A stretch of 64,000 bases of DNA from Salpingoeca rosetta. Taxonomy: Eukaryota; Protista; Choanoflagellata. Both the position numbers and the translations under genes were made by a program. Positions within the stretch are counted from its first letter, which is position 1; each line of letters begins with the position of its first letter. Positions 28,672-46,859 of this stretch are shown here, piece by piece. Under the pieces are notes generated by a model. That model was not told the DNA's origin, searched no databases, and saw only the letters and a list, made by a program, of their open reading frames with translations. The stretch lies in NCBI GenBank assembly GCA_033442325.1, contig JAWQFM010000015.1:719494-783493 (forward strand), written 5' to 3'.

Positions 28672-30078
28672 ATCATGCGCACATGCTTGTGTACTTCTCT
28701 GTTCCTGAATGGTACCCCTCTTGTGTCGTTTCCCTTTTCACCTTCCACGCCTGCGCCCTCACGGCACCCATCACATGCACGCTTCGCCTCGGCTCCCCAT
28801 CCATCGTTCGCTCTCACTCACTCACCGCCACCCTGTCATGTCGTTTCCACTTCTTTCTTCAGGAACAGCAATACACACGACCAGATGCACGCGCCTTTGT
28901 TTCAGCAGCCGTATCAGCCCCCGGCGCACGCGTTCCACACAACGCACCACCAGACACACATGTCGTCCTCAGGGCCGTTCAGCAACAACAGCCTGGACGA
29001 TGGTGCGGTCGCAAACACCCTCCTACACAACCTTCTCGGCTCGCAAACGGCGCCAGACCGTGACGTCGCCGCCGCTACTGCATCATCCTTTGTGTCCCCG
29101 CTCTTTGGCAACCCGGAGACCAAGGCCCAGCAACCAAGCGCAATGTCCTTTGATGGGCTTCTTTCCGTGCAACAACAACTGCGCCAGCCAAAACTGAGGC
29201 ACCAGCAGCAGTCGTCCCCATCATCCCCCGACGACGGTCTGGCACTCGGCCCTCAAGCGCAGCAGCAGCACCATCAGCACCACCAGCACCAGCACCAACT
29301 ACAGCATCAGTACCAACAACCACACCAACAGCTACAACAACACAACCCTTTCTTTCCGTCAGAGCTGTCCAATGCTCAGGGCAACACCGTGGCACCACCG
29401 CAACATACACTCCCGTCGACAACACCTGCCAACGACAGCAGCAACCTTCTGCTCATGGGACTGACAGACCTGTCATCAAACAGCGCCACGAACAACGCAT
29501 TTGACAACGAGGCCAGAGCAATGGCGCCGCCGCCGGCTGCGTCAGTCGGTGCCATGGCCGAGGACGTGCGGGACCCTTCCTATGCATCATCGAGTGTCAC
29601 AGGCTCGTCTGAGATGGCAGAGGAAGACATGTTCAACCTGCCCGACCTGGGTGCGGATGATCTGCTGATGGAGGACAACGGTGTGTTTGACATCAGCATT
29701 CTCAACCAGTTGGAGCAGCCCCTCGACTTCTCCACACTCTCCCGCCAGCTGTTGGAAGGCAGCGTGCTCACGGGCGACGCTGATGCCGACACGGAGCCAT
29801 CCATGTCATCGTCACCATCGTCGTCATCGAGGAAGAAGAAGGGCAGGAAGGACGGGCAGCCGAAGAAACGGCGTCGTCGCCGTCGACTCACGGAGACGAA
29901 GAAGCGGCAGCTGCGCAACGAACAGCTGCGCCGGCTCAACATTCGCAACGCCCAGCTCAAGCTCGCCCTGAAGAACCTTCGCAAGGAGGTGGTGCAGTTT
30001 GAGGACCAGGTCTACACCGTCTTCTCCAAGTTTGGCCGCCTGCCGGGGCAGACCCCCGTCCCCGTGGCAGAGGCGTAG
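27682..30078 (+). CDS. bZIP-like transcription factor (ATF4/CHOP/C-EBP-like zipper) with Q/H-rich N-terminus; full-length form joins 27682-28154 to 28863-30078
   Basis: C-terminal basic stretch KKRRRRRR followed by heptads LRRLNIRNAQLKLALKNLRKEVVQFEDQV. The donor AT|GTAAGG (28155) and acceptor CAG|G (28863) are phase-compatible. Confidence 0.7.
28285..28587 (+). promoter_or_regulatory. 303-nt structured, stop-containing cassette exon or intronic structured RNA within the bZIP gene
   Basis: Bounded by a pyrimidine-rich CAG acceptor and a GTGCGT donor. Composition differs from the flanks, with many TA dinucleotides. It contains multiple nested complementary stems including end-to-end pairing. 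Confidence 0.6.
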
Positions 30079-30101
30079 CCCTTATTGTCTACGTGTGGCT
30101 G

Positions 30102-30189
<88 letters not shown>

Positions 30190-30723
30190 TGCGTTGAATC
30201 GTGTGTCGACATACGTGTGTTACAATCATGTGTGAAACGGGGTGAGTGGACTGTGCTTCGGTGTCCACCACCCATGGCTTACAACCCTTTGCCTCGTCAT
30301 TGTTGTTGATATGCAAAGCACGCTGCGGTGCAAACGCGTACACGCGTGTTCATGTGTACTCGTGTGTTGACATGTGCGTATGCGCGTGCGCATGTGCATT
30401 CTCGGAGCTTTCAGATTCTGCTTTTGCTTTGATTATTGCTGCTGACTTCCGCAATACTCCCCCTGCTGACCACCCCCTGCTGACACCTTGATAACTGTGG
30501 ACTGCGTGTCACGCTTTACTGATGTAACAACAAGTAAATCATCGCCATGCCATGATTGGATCGTGTCATTAACGCGGGCAACAAGAGGTGGATAGGGGGC
30601 TGGAACAGAGGGGCTGGACTGTGGGAGTAATCAGAACAGGGCAGGCGTTCGACGCATCAAATGGACATACACAGCGATGAGACAACAAAACTGTTTGTGT
30701 TGTTGGTGAGGCGGTGCGTTTGC

Positions 30724-35454
<4,731 letters not shown>

Positions 35455-35619
35455 GGCCCTGTTGATGATGTTGCTGCTTTGTAATTGCTGTTGCCTTGCA
35501 AGTGAGCCACACCTGTGTCATGCACAACAGCCACCAACAGTCACATCACATCACATCAGCTTGTATGAAGGGGTAAGAGCGAGACACACACGCACACGGT
35601 GGCAGCTTGACCACGGTTT

Positions 35620-35666
<47 letters not shown>

Positions 35667-35673
35667 ACACACA

Positions 35674-35720
<47 letters not shown>

Positions 35721-35781
35721 ACACACACACACACACAGACACACACACACACACAGAGACACACAGACACACACGCACACA

Positions 35782-35821
<40 letters not shown>

Positions 35822-36274
35822 GGCAGCTGAACCATCGCCCGGCCGCCAACGCTGACTGTGTGACCATGTAAGTGTGTGAAGCAGCCACGCACCTCGCTCC
35901 AAGAACGTGTGAGCTGTCGACCACTTCGACACGGACACAGCGGTTTTTGCCCTGCTGATGGGTGTTGTTGTTTGTTTGGCGCAAAAATCATCATCAAAAC
36001 AGAGCGGAATGGCTGGAGACAAACACGGGGATGTGTGCGGGCCCCAGCTGATGTGACAGTGATGACATCGCACCTGCCGGCGGCGAAGGTGTGTTGCTTG
36101 CTCAGGCACGGTTGCTGCCGGTGTGTGAGCGCGTGTACACGTGTGTGTGTGTGTGTGGATGCGCGTAGGCAGGGTTGTGAGTGCTTTTCGTTCCTTTGTT
36201 GATGCGCTTTGGTGTCTCTTCTCTGTTGCCTGAGCGCTTATCATGGAGTCAATGGCATTGCTGGTGTAGTGCAG

Positions 36275-38243
36275 GCATGCGGTCTGAGATCCATCGCATG
36301 AACCTGAAGCTGCAGTCGTTATTGCGGGAGAAGGAGGAGCCGATTACGGAGATGGAGCGGTGCGTCGACCGCCGCGGAAACATCGGTGCAAAGGCCCGCC
36401 TGCAGGCAAAGAAGGGCACAAACCACACACAGAGCATCCGCAAGGAGGTAACCTATGTGTGTGTGTGTGTGTGTGTGCGTCCGTGCGTGCGTGTGCGTGC
36501 GTGTGCGTGTATGTGTGTGTGTATGTGAGGCCGTGTGTATGTGTGCATGTTCTGTGAGTGGGCTAGTGGCCGGGCGTACATGTGCTTTCATGCAAAGATG
36601 TGTGCGTGCGTGTGTATATGTGCGTGTGCGTGAATGTGTGTGCTTGCATGTACTGATGCGCCACAGCGCTGTGCTCGCCACCACTATATCGCCTTTCATC
36701 TCCATGTGCACACATACACACACTCAACACTCACACCCATCACACGAACATGCTCCTTCACTCACTGACACACATACACACACACAACTCCCTACCTCCG
36801 CTCAACTTCCACCGCCACTGCCACCGGGCGCAACAGGTGATGGATCTGAAGAAGCGGGTGAAGACAGCGCTGTCGGACATTCGTCTGTGCGAAGAAGAGA
36901 TTGACCTCAAGCAGCAGCGGCAGGACGAGGTGCGACCACACAAATGCCGTTTTCCTTGGCGTTGGCATACACACAAACACACACACATGCGCACGCACAT
37001 ACACACACACACAGACATGCACACACATACGCACACATGCGCACACCAACCAAGGCGACTCCTTTCTCCTGCACGTGTCCCGACTCCACCGCAACCATCA
37101 CCACCATCACCACCATCACCAAAATCACCACCACCGGTCTCACCAACATCACCCACCACCACCATAGGTGCACCACGCGCTGCGGGAGCGGCAGGAGCGG
37201 TTCCGAGCGCTGCGCCAACACCTTGACGAGCTGGCGTCCATGAAGCGGCAGAAGATGCGGCAGCGTATGCACAACCTGGAGGACGTTGTTGATGCGCAGG
37301 CCGCGCTCAAGCACTACCAGGCCGTCACCAAGGGCAGCCTCAAGCTCCGCTTCAAGGTACACACACATGCGCGCATGCACGTGTGCCCCGAGCTGGCGTG
37401 GCGTCGCAGCTGCCGCACATGCGCACGAGCATGTCCCTGTTTCCTCATATGCTTGTGCATACGGTGCTTGTATGTATGTGTGACTGTGTGTGACTGTGTG
37501 TGTGCATGTCGGTGCCTGCCTTGCCCATCTTGGCCGTGCATGTGTGATGATGCTGCGTCGTGTTTGTCGTGTGACCTGTGTTGTCTGCACTTTGCTGATG
37601 CTGACGTGTGTTGATTGCGGTGCAGGATGTGTCGAGCTACGAGCGCAGCATCGACAAGCAGATGACAACGCTGCAGCACCTCGGTGCCATCATCGGTGAG
37701 GGCACGGAGAACGAGGGCTTGTGACTGCCGTGTGTGTCATGGCGTCCATCCGGACACACGCACACACTCACACATGGACACCAAATGTACACACACACAC
37801 ACATATGTATCAATTGCAACGGGTGTTTTGTGCTTGATGCATGATTGTGGGTGCGTTTTGAACCTACCGCTCACACACACACACACAACCATACACGCAC
37901 GCACATACACACACACACACACACAAACACAAACACAACCACACGCACGCACGCACACACACACACACAACCATACACGCACGCACACACACACACACAC
38001 AACCACCTGCACCATCCACCATCATGCACGCCAGACTACTTGGTGCGGGAGTACCCTGATCTCGAAGAGTCGTTTGCATCTGTGCGGGACACGCTGGGGT
38101 TCAAGCTGAGCAAGTTCCGGCGGGCAACAGCGGATATGAGGGGCGCTGACGGTGGGGATGACGACATTGAGGAGGATGCCACTTCCATGGCCGACACGAC
38201 CATCACCGCCACCAGCGCTGGCAGCAGGCGATTGCACCGTTGA
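36275..38243 (+). pseudogene. CCDC40: 5'-truncated CCDC40-like gene (C-terminal ~240 aa only), about 5 exons
   Basis: MRSEIHRMNLKLQSLLREKEEPITEMERCVDRR, LKHYQAVTKG and IDYLVREYPDLEE match the recalled CCDC40 C-terminus. Only ~800 bp separates it from the divergent RING gene, leaving no room for the N-terminal ~800 aa. Confidence 0.65.
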
Positions 38244-38796
38244 TGAACAGGCTGGACATGCGTGTGTCTGTGTGTCTGTGTGTCTGTGTGTCTGTGTGTC
38301 TGTGTGTGTGTGTGTCTATGTCTGTGTGTGTTGTACTGTGACAGAAATGGGGTGTGACCCATGCATGGGTTGCTGTTGTTGCTGTCGTTTGCTGCTTGTG
38401 CTGGTCTCTGTCTCTCGCTCTCGCTCGCTCTGTGGCAATATAGAAGACAATGGGGACACAGTACTCTTCCATGCATTATGCCAAAAAGCTCGTGGATGAA
38501 GATTTGAAGAGATGATTGTGACGTGAACAGCACACACGTCATCGATGATGGTTTGTGTAAGATATTCAACAATGCTCCAGGCAAGCGTTCCTGTTGTGTA
38601 ACACGCCTGATCGTTCAACCCCCTCTCTGTTACGCACGCAGACGCACTCTCGTTCATGCCACAAGCTGCCTTCGCGCAAGTGTCACACCACACCAAACAA
38701 GCACCCGCTACCCAACACAAGAAGCGCTACCATCCCAGCCCACCATCAGCCAACCATCAGCCCACCATCAGCCAACCATCGTCACTGCCTCACTGC

Positions 38797-39903
38797 ATGA
38801 TGCACGAGGAACACCCAACAGAAGACGCTGTCACGGAGCACGTCGAGCGCACCCAGGCTCAACAACCACAAGCAGATGGGTGTGGTGCTCCTGCTCAGAG
38901 CGAAGACGCAGGCTCCACAGCAAGCGCAAGCACAGCAAGCAACAGCCCAAAGCGCGGCACGTTTGTTGCCTATGGCGAGTGGGGGAAAACCAGATGCACG
39001 TACCACCGGGCCATTTCAAAAACACACACGCTCACCTTCGACAAGGCCAACGATGACGATGCTGCCTATGCTGCCTCCGACTACTGTGTGCGGCGGCCAC
39101 CTGTCTTGGCACGCATTGTGCAGAGCGACCCCGGCAACGTCACCTGCACCCTGCAGACGTCCCCAGCCTTGCTGACGGTGACAGGTGTCACGCGCGAGCA
39201 GGCGGCTGCGTTGGCAGAAGAGTACACCAGCGAGCTCATGGAGGCGTACTGCGATAACGTGGCTTTAGGTCGAGGCTCCCTTGACTTCAACTTCTACATG
39301 CACCGCTTCTTTGATGACGAGGAGGAGCACGTTGGCGAGCTCGATGCACACGAACACTCGGCTTCTTCACGCACCAGCGACAAGGACATCAACTCCAGCA
39401 CCTGCAGTGAGCACAGCACCGCAAGCGACAGCGACAATGGCAGCAGTGGCAGCGTGGTGAGCAGTGGCGACGAGGTGAGCGATGCAGACAGCGGTGTTCA
39501 CGGCTCAGCCCACGCACCCAGCAAGAGCAGCGCCAAGCACGCTGAGCACGCCGAACACGTTGAGCACGCGACACAAGCAGCTGCTCGAGCAGTCGAGACG
39601 CAGGTCATCCCTGTCGACATTGCGGGGATGCAGGGTGAGCTGAAGCTGAAGGACGACGACGAGAACTTTGCACTCGTCGCTGCTGCCATCCACCGCGGCC
39701 TGGAACGACTGCAGTTCACGAAGGACACGGCGTTTGCGGCTGTGGGCCCGAAGATGCCGCTCAAGCCGTCCGCAGACGCCCCAGCTTTGCTTCAGCAGGC
39801 CATGTGCGCACAGCTGCTGCGCTTGAGACAAGAGGTGGGGGAAGGGAGTGAGGATGTCAGACACGAGGGCGGCAACGAAGAGCAGCAGCAACAGCACCAC
39901 CAC

Positions 39904-39935
<32 letters not shown>

Positions 39936-40901
39936 GCAGCAGCAGCAGCAGCAGCAGTTTGGGCTGAAGAAGGAAGACGACAAGGAAGACGAGGAAGACG
40001 AGGCAGCGTGCTACAAGAGCGCAGCGCGTGTGTTCATCATTGCGTCCACCGACTCAGCTGCGCTAGAGGCTGCGCGTGAGGCTCTCGACCACGCCCTTGC
40101 AAACTTCCGCCTTGATGTGCCAGCGCATGCCGACCTTGCCGGTTCTTGGGACCAGATGCTACACAACTTCACGCATCACGCCGATACGCGGCAGAGTATT
40201 CTGGATACTCGGGGCATCAGATTTTACCGCACACGTGCTGTTCCACCCGAACTGCGGCCTGCACTTGATAACATTGAGATGGTGTGGCTGCAATCATATC
40301 AGCGCCCACCTTGGAGGAATGGAAGTCTGTGGCCAGCCTCCCAAACATCAAGATGCTCGAACTCAGACGCTCGCCGCGAAACACAGCAGAGCTGTTTGAG
40401 AAGGTGAAGGCGACGGGCGACGAGGAGCTGGTGCGCCGCTTCAAGGAGGTGACGGTCCTGTACGACCACACGGGCCTGAGCCCCGAGGAGGCAAAGCGGC
40501 ACCGATACCGGCAGCGACTCGCGTCTGCATTTCTTTATGCAGCCACGGTTCGATCTCGCTACGTGTATGAAATTTGTGCTTTGCTCTGGCATGGAATGAT
40601 GCGGCGTCAGTGTTTGCGCGTGCGTGCTTGCGTGTGTTGAGGTGTCGCTGCTTAACACTGCTCACACCGCTTGTGTAGCCATTGCGATCTAGCTTTGCAC
40701 AAGACGCGTACTTCATCCTCACGCACGTGTTCTCTGTTGGTGTTTGTTGCTGTTCCTGGTGTTGCCGTGCAGTTCGGGCATGGCTGGGACTGCGAAGCGT
40801 GCAAGCAGTGCGAGATGAGCTGGTGGTGCCTGTATGACAATCCCGGCAGCTGCGAAGGCGTCGACATCTATGACCCCGACTACTCGGACGGGCTTGACTG
40901 A
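38797..40901 (+). pseudogene. Unknown protein, tandem paralog A; frameshift near 40306; small Cys-rich last exon (~40773-40901)
   Basis: Long ORF with coding-type codon bias. Homology to paralog B continues in a different frame after QSYQRP (TLEEWKSVASLPNIK...VKATGDEELVRRFKEVTVLYD). Confidence 0.6.
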
Positions 40902-41089
40902 GATCATAAGATGGTCTGATGGTGGTGTCATAGTTGAGTACTTGTTTGGCAACGGTCATTTCTACTGACATTTGTCTGCATACATGCACGCTCGCATCGA
41001 CACCTCTGTGCGCGCGCAAGTGTGTCTGTATGTGTATGTGTGTCTGTGTCTGTGTGTGTGCGCGCTGTCTCTGTGTCTCCCAGTTTGTT

Positions 41090-41185
41090 TGTGGGGGATG
41101 ACATTGAGGAGGATGCCACTTCCATGGCCGACACGACCATCACCACCGCCAGTGCTGGCAGCAGACGAACGAACCGTTGATGAAT
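41090..41185 (+). repeat. Duplicated 3' end of the CCDC40-like gene, marking the start of the second tandem unit
   Basis: Near-identical to ~38152-38247 (GACATTGAGGAGGATGCCACTTCCATGGCCGACACGACCATCACC). Confidence 0.88.
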
Positions 41186-41207
41186 GGGCTGGGCATGTGT
41201 GTTTGTA

Positions 41208-41245
<38 letters not shown>

Positions 41246-41533
41246 TGTTTGTATGTGTGTGTGTGTGTGTGTCGTGTGTGTGTGTGTGTGTCGGGTGTGT
41301 GTGTGTATGTACCTCATGAAAGACTAAACTTGCTGCCAAAAGCTCGTGGACGAAGATGACGTGACGATTGTGATGTGACAACATGACAACGTCATCGATG
41401 ATGATTCATGGAAGATATCCAACAATGAAACAATGCACCCTCAGATTGCACCCTTCCCCTGTAACACGCCATAACCCGAATCAACTGCGTGCCTGTGGAG
41501 GTTGCGCGTGACTTTCCAACTCGCACTTTCCCA

Positions 41534-41602
<69 letters not shown>

Positions 41603-41662
41603 ATACGCAGGCATACGCACGCAAGCACGCACACACACGTCAACACAGCAAACAACAGCAGC

Positions 41663-43918
41663 ATGCACGAAAAACAACAGCACCAGACACAAGCAGGCGA
41701 CGCCGTCCCGGCCCAGCGTAGCCCTCCCCAAACCCAGCACCACGACGACATGGGCAAAGATGCAGGCTACGCAGCAAGCACAAGCACAGCAAGCAGCACA
41801 AGCATGACAAGTAGCAGCCCAAAGCGCCTAAAGCGCGGCACGTTTGTTGCCTACGGAGAGTGTGCGCAAACCAGGTGCATGCATCACCAATCGAGTTCGG
41901 CAACCCACATTCTCTCCTTCGACAAAACCAGCGACGACAACACCGTTGAGCATGCTAGCGGACAGTATTGCGTGCGGCGCCCGCCTGTTTTGGCGCGCAT
42001 TGCGCAGAGCGATCCCAGCAACGTCACCTGCACCCTGCAGACATCACCCGCCGTGCTGACCGTCACGGGTGTCACACGCGAGCAGGCGGCTGCGCTGGCA
42101 GAAGAGTGCACCAGCGAGCTCATGGAGGCGTACTGCGACGCCGTCATATTGGATTGGGGCTCATTCGACTTCAACTTCTACATGCACCGCTTCTTCGATG
42201 AGGGCGAAGACGGTGGTGAACGTGTGCATGACGCCCACGAACGCGCAACCTCTGCACACGCCAGTGACACCAACACCAGTACTTGCAGTGAGCACAGCAC
42301 CGCCAACAGCAACGATGTCAACTCAAGCACTTGCAGTGAGCGCAGCACCACAAGCAGCAACGACAGTGGTAGTGATTATGTTCGGTCTGGGGAGAAGGCG
42401 AGCGATGTTGGTGGTGGTGGTGATGGTGGTGTTCACAGCACGAGCCACAGCAGCGGCAGCGACAGCGACAGCATCACTGCCAAGCAAGATTCTGCAGAGC
42501 CACCAGCAGCTGCGCGCATGTGCATGCAGGCCATCCCCGTCAACATTGCGGGGATGCACGGCGACTTCAAGCTGGAGGACGATGACGAGAATTTCGCGCT
42601 CGTCGCTGCTGCCATCCGCCGCGCCCTGGACTGGCTGCAGTACACGAAGGACACGGAGTTTGCTGCAGTGGGTCCGAAGTTGCTGTTGGACTTGACCACG
42701 GTCTCCGCTGGCCTTCGACAAGCCATCCTCGCCGACGTGGCTCGCTACGCTGAAGAAGCCAACGACGGCAAGCTGCAGCAGGAAGGGGATGAGGTCCAGA
42801 AACAAGAGCATCAACAGCATCAACAGCATCAACAGCAGGAAGAGCAGGAAGAGGAAGGGATACAACAACAGCAGCACCAGCAGCACCAGCAACAACAGCC
42901 GCACCAGCATCAGCACCAGCAGCACCAGGGAGAGAACGAGGTTGACGACTTGGAAGAGCATGAGGAATTCTGCAGCACTGAGCACATATTCATCATTGCA
43001 TCGACTCCCTGATTGCTGCGCGCGAGGCCGTCGATTATGCGCTGGCCACCTTTCGCCTCGATGTGCCTCCAGACCATTCGGATGTTGTATTCGCTTGGTC
43101 GTGGGAAGAACTGCTGCACAACGTCACGCAGCATGACGATCCACAGTCCATTGCCACAGCCAGAGGGATATGGGGGTTTCCCAAAGGGCATGTTCCCGCT
43201 GACCTGCGCCCCGCTCTCGCCAACGTGGAGATGATGTGGCTGCGAATCCACAAGCCTGAAGTGGAGGCCTACAAATCGCTCCTGAGCCTCCCGGGCATCA
43301 AGCTGATCGACCTCAAAGGAGGGCTGCGCACTGCAAGGCTGCTTGAGCAGGTCAAGGCGACAGGCGACGAGGAGCTGCTGCGTCGCTTCAAGGAGGTGAC
43401 GGTCTTGTACGACCGCAGAGGGTTGAGCCCAGAAGAGGCAGAGCACCAGCGACGCCGATGCCGACTCTCGTATGCGCTCGAGTATGCAAGAAATGTGAGT
43501 TTGCACTGAGTTTATCGTGCTCTGGGGTCTTGTACGTATTCCTTGAGTTGTGGGAGCACCCGTGGAGTGGATTGTGGCGTGCTGGCTTGTGATGGCTTGG
43601 TCGATGGCATTGAACCTGCTGTGACGTGTGTCATCGTGTGCTGTAAAGTGTCAGACAACACGCTGCTCACCCTGTGTTTGCGACTCCTTAAGAGAGGCTC
43701 GCACTTGTTCTCTTTCTCCTGCACTGTCTTACTTACCTCCGCACACAACACAACACAACGCAACACAACTCAACACAACACAACACAACACAACACACGT
43801 GATGCAGCAAGGGTACGACTCCGAAGGCCGCTGTCTGCGATGCCAGCGCTGCTGCTGGTATCATGACTATTACATAGGCTGCGAAGAGTGCTATCGCTTG
43901 AGGCCCGACCGCGACTAA
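41663..43918 (+). pseudogene. Unknown protein, tandem paralog B; frameshift near 43005-43012; Cys-rich last exon (~43808-43918)
   Basis: Shares KRGTFVAYGE, YCVRRPPVLARI, DFNFYMHRFFD and DDDENFALVAAAI with paralog A. The ORF stops at FIIASTP* while homology continues in another frame (AAREAVDYALATFRLDVP). Confidence 0.6.
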
Positions 43919-44547
43919 CTGTGCTTTTGCATGCGTGTGCAGGCGTGTGTGGATCTGTGCGCTGTTTGTTCGTGCCTCGGCATTGTTTGTTTGCCTTCCG
44001 CTTTCGTTGATGTGGTCTGGTCAGATATCTCCTTTTGTTGACATGATTATGGTGTGACATGAGTCAGACGTTGTTCACAAATACAACGCCAGCACTCAAG
44101 CGCTTGTGCGGTCATGCTCATGCCTCGCGTCCTTCAATTGCTCCCACACGGGTCATGTTCGTGGTGACTGTGAGAGCTGTTCACATCGCATCACAACAAC
44201 CAGCGTTTATTGTTCACACACGCACGACGTGGCACAGGCGCACACAGATCAAACAAACAACTGTCAAGCAAGTCAACACCACACATGCTGAAAGGCAGGG
44301 TCATGTGCAAGTCCAACACTGGAAGGCGAGATGGCAAAGAAGGAAGGGGGCACGGTGGAACACAACGAAGCACAACACAGCAGGAAGCAGGAGAACCACA
44401 ACAAGTTTCAGGCAGGCTAAAGAGCGAAGCTGCGGTGTCGGACGAATGCTTGGCGACGGCGATGGAGACTTGGCGTTCCAGGAAAACGGCAACAAACACA
44501 GAGCGAGTAGTCCTGTGCTGCTCACCGCAGTGCACCCGCAACGATGT

Positions 44548-45372
44548 TCACTCAAGGCCGAGCGCAGTGACCCCCAGTGCGCTGCACACGTGCGTGTAGC
44601 TTGGGCACACGGGCCAGTGGCTTACGACCAGGATGTCGTCGTCTCCCGCCTCCTTGTGCAGCGCGAGTTGCACTTCACAGTGGAACGCAGCTTTCGCGCA
44701 CCGCTCAAGAATGCTAGAAGCGTTATCCTCCGTGCAGTTCAGTTCGGCCAACAGCTGATCGAACTGCTCACTGGTCGTGCCCTCGAGGACATGCTGGAGA
44801 ACCAGATTGGTGTACTCTTTGGGCCGTGGCCCCCCAAGAAGGTCCCTCGTGTCGGCAACGTTGTACACTTTTAGGGCGGCATGGAGTGCAACGCCGAGTA
44901 TGACGTCGCGGCATGGATGCGGCTGTTGTTGCTGTTGTTGTTGCAGGCGGCGGAACGTGTCTGCAGGATCTGCGTCGGCAGCCTCATCTTCCACCGTCAG
45001 CACGCGCGCCACGGCAAGTATGGCGTCGAAGATCCTTGAAGGGCGCGTGGGGAACACGTCAGAAAAGGCAATCTTGAGCTGGTGGTGCTGGTAGGTGAAG
45101 AGCGTGGAGGTGCTTCCAGCGGCATGACGACGCACGAAGAACTCGTGCGGGACGCGCACGGTGATGAAGCGGTTGCTGTCGAACAGGGCTCTGCTGCAGG
45201 CAGTGCCGACGTTGACGCCGCTCCTGTACTCAGGATTGGACTTGCGCATCAAGGTGACGCGGTGCCGTTGGGTGATCTTGACCATGCCTGGCAGCGAGCC
45301 ACGCACCACATGAACCACGCCGTCCTCAGTGTCGACCGTGGCGAGGGGAACCAGGGATGCCGCAGAGCCCAT
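44548..45372 (-). CDS. Intronless hypothetical protein (274 aa) with N-myristoylation-like start MGSAAS
   Basis: Open frame with globular composition and host-like codon usage; no family recognised. Confidence 0.6.
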   Translation of the reverse strand: MGSAASLVPLATVDTEDGVVHVVRGSLPGMVKITQRHRVTLMRKSNPEYRSGVNVGTACSRALFDSNRFITVRVPHEFFVRRHAAGSTSTLFTYQHHQLKIAFSDVFPTRPSRIFDAILAVARVLTVEDEAADADPADTFRRLQQQQQQQPHPCRDVILGVALHAALKVYNVADTRDLLGGPRPKEYTNLVLQHVLEGTTSEQFDQLLAELNCTEDNASSILERCAKAAFHCEVQLALHKEAGDDDILVVSHWPVCPSYTHVCSALGVTALGLE

Positions 45373-45660
45373 CGTTGCTGTTGCGGCAGTGCTGGTGTGG
45401 AGGACGTTGGTGCTGTGTATGCATGTGGGCGACAGCGGAGCACCGCCAAGGCCGATGTTTGCGCAGACGAGACGGCCGGCATTGCTACTCAAACCATCGC
45501 TCCGATTCAAACTCAAAGTTTTCCCGCCAAAAACAACGCCTTGTGCTGTTCGAGTTGTTGCGCCTTTGATATACTGTCCTGTGTCTGTACTTCACTCAGA
45601 CCCGCTGGGTTTATTGTTTGGTGTCGAAAGCTGCCTGGCCAGTTGAAGAATGACAGCATG

Positions 45661-45743
<83 letters not shown>

Positions 45744-46398
45744 CACTTTGTGCGCTTGCGCGTGTGTGCGCGGGTGAGTGCAAGCACGGGTGGGTGTGGG
45801 GTCTGAGGCACACAGTACCACGGCAGGGGGGCTGAAAACCCATTCACGCTTATGCGATCGTGTGACTAGGTGTGTGTGTGTGTGTGAGTGTGTGAGTGTG
45901 TGAGTGTGTGAGTGTGTGTGCGACCATATTGATAATAGCCTTGGGTTCAAGCCTGTCTGCACACACGGTCACCATGCATGCTGCATGCACATGCGAGCAG
46001 CGAGTGGCATTCTCTTTCTTTTCAACTCACTGTGCTGTCTCTGCCTGTACTGTCTCTGCCTGTACTGTCTCTGTCTGTGCTGTCTGTTTTGCTGCTGTCG
46101 CGATTGCGCTGTGTGCAGGTGGCTGTCGAAGCAGAGCGACTTGCGTCGGTTGAGCAGCAGGTGGAAGGGCTACGGACTGCCATTCTCAGTTGCGCTTGCG
46201 TGTCGCTCTGTCCTCGTGAATGCCAAGTCCATTTGAACGGGCGCACGATTCGCGGTTGGTTGCGGCAGCAGTCCAACCTGGCGGTGGGCCGTAAGAGGTG
46301 GTGGTAACGACCGTGAGCTGAGTTGACGCTGAACCAAAACAAAAAAGATTTGGACATGGCAGACGCGATGGTGGTCGTTAGTGGTCGGGAAAGGCGAG

Positions 46399-46481
<83 letters not shown>

Positions 46482-46859
46482 TGGACAAGCCCTTGTGCTC
46501 CAGCGCGTACAATGGAGGGCCAGTGAGAACTTACGGTTGCCATTTGCTGCTTTCATAGCCATTGACTGTGAACAAGTGTATGCTGTCCGTGCTCGTTACC
46601 ACCGTTTGATTTCAGCACCTGCACCGCAGTTGAAGAGGGAACCATATGGCCAGAGCATGAAAGATGTGAGCGAAGCAGGTGGAGGGATGAGAAGGCATCT
46701 GGCAGCCGCAATCACATGCAAGAAGAACATGCACAGAGACGCGCACGTCCACAGCAGACTGTATACTCGTGCACACGCACATGCGCACATGCACAGATAG
46801 ACAGACGCACACGCAGAGACACAGAGACACAGAGACGCAAGCAGACAGACAGACAGACA

